Made by a program: the position numbers and the translations under genes. A stretch of 63,368 nucleotides of DNA, the filler included, from Octopus bimaculoides (Eukaryota): NCBI RefSeq assembly GCF_001194135.2. It is 7 parts of 7 records of this genome, joined end to end, with 100 filler letters (N's around TTAATTAATTAA, not from the genome) between each part and the next. Parts side by side here need not be neighbours in the genome. Positions count along the whole stretch, not along the records: positions 59,542 to 63,368 come from NC_068997.1; 6 more parts are not named here. The stretch is one strand, 5' to 3'. This document shows positions 62,526 through 63,368 of this stretch, piece by piece. Position 1 is the first letter of the stretch. Each line of letters begins with the position of its first letter. The notes below the pieces were generated by a model. The model saw only the letters and a list, made by a program, of their open reading frames with translations, was not told the DNA's origin and made no database searches.

Positions 62526-63368
62526 ACTCCTGGGTGTGAGTACAAAACCTGCATCCCTCTACCAAGCTATATTGAGTTAATGTGACAGAATAAGCTCATC
62601 AAACCAGTATGATCTCATGCTCAAATTCACCGCCTTCACATTGGACCGTATTTGGTGGAAGAGAACATGCTAAGGCCCTTATCCTGCAATGCACTGAACG
62701 TAGGTAATACTACCTAATCCAATCCAGTCCAATCCAAAAATTTATAGCTTTATCAACTTCGAGTTACACCGTTAAAAAGCGATTTATTTCGTGTCTCTCG
62801 GACTTGCGAAATTCTTATGACGTAAGCGATATTCGTGGTTTCTTTTCCCCCATGTTTGTCTCTGTTGGTATTTACAGCTAACGTGGTTATTGTTAGTCTT
62901 GCTATGTATTTCGTTTATTTGTACACGCTTTTTTAAGTTTTCATATTTTCTCCGGACCGTGTGGGTGGAGGTCGTTTAAGATAGTAATGTAACAACAATA
63001 TGGCGTCTTGGAAATATTTCTCTGAGTGTTTGGATGTAATCCAACACGTATTTTCTTTGTTATTTCTCTTGTTTTGTTGGTCGATGTAGACTTTTACTTT
63101 TACCGTCTGTTCCGTTGTTAGAAGTCTTATTTTTATCAGAGGAGTTTGTGTCTGGTTTTTTTATCAGATTAGCTATTTCGGTTGGGTAATGGTGTATTTT
63201 TTTTTAATGATACTTTGTGAAACACTATTTTTCTCTTTTACGCTTTTTTTTTTTAAATAATGTACTCAATAGGAACAGGCATGGCTGTGTGGTTAAGGCG
63301 GGGTTTCTTGCCCAAGGTGTCGTTCGATGGGATCGAACCATAATCAACATAGCAGTGGAGCGAACTTT

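Noticed and set aside
62780-63250. Possible Penelope-like RT/linker fragment on the minus strand
   Set aside because: Similarity is only impressionistic; no intact motif could be read.

Overview
Repeat-dense animal genomic scaffold: AT-rich, very rich in microsatellites, with many N-gaps. The tRNA-derived SINE families suggest a coleoid cephalopod such as Octopus (inference). One credible host gene is present: an intact single-coding-exon ORF (ATG 25892 to stop 28276, about 794 aa) encoding a signal peptide, a Cys-containing ectodomain, about 9-10 TM segments, a 24-aa internal repeat and a C-terminal ESKL. I cannot assign it to a family. The rest is mostly decayed mobile DNA: Tc1/mariner and maT fragments, a hAT MITE with an 8-bp TSD, two Helitrons, Helentron/HINE-like MITEs, RTE, CR1 and Tx1 LINE pieces, several RLE-type (R4/Dong-like and Hero-like) non-LTR fragments, and dozens of SINEs. 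The most notable structures are: (i) the orphan multipass membrane gene; (ii) a near-complete minimal type I hammerhead ribozyme on the minus strand (60184-60229); (iii) head-to-tail stacks of RLE retroelements and SINEs nested in (AAT)n/(ATT)n microsatellites; (iv) a Tx1-like LINE with a 5' inversion; and (v) a three-armed foldback upstream of the gene. Family names come from motif recognition only; no database search was run. Boundaries of decayed elements are approximate.
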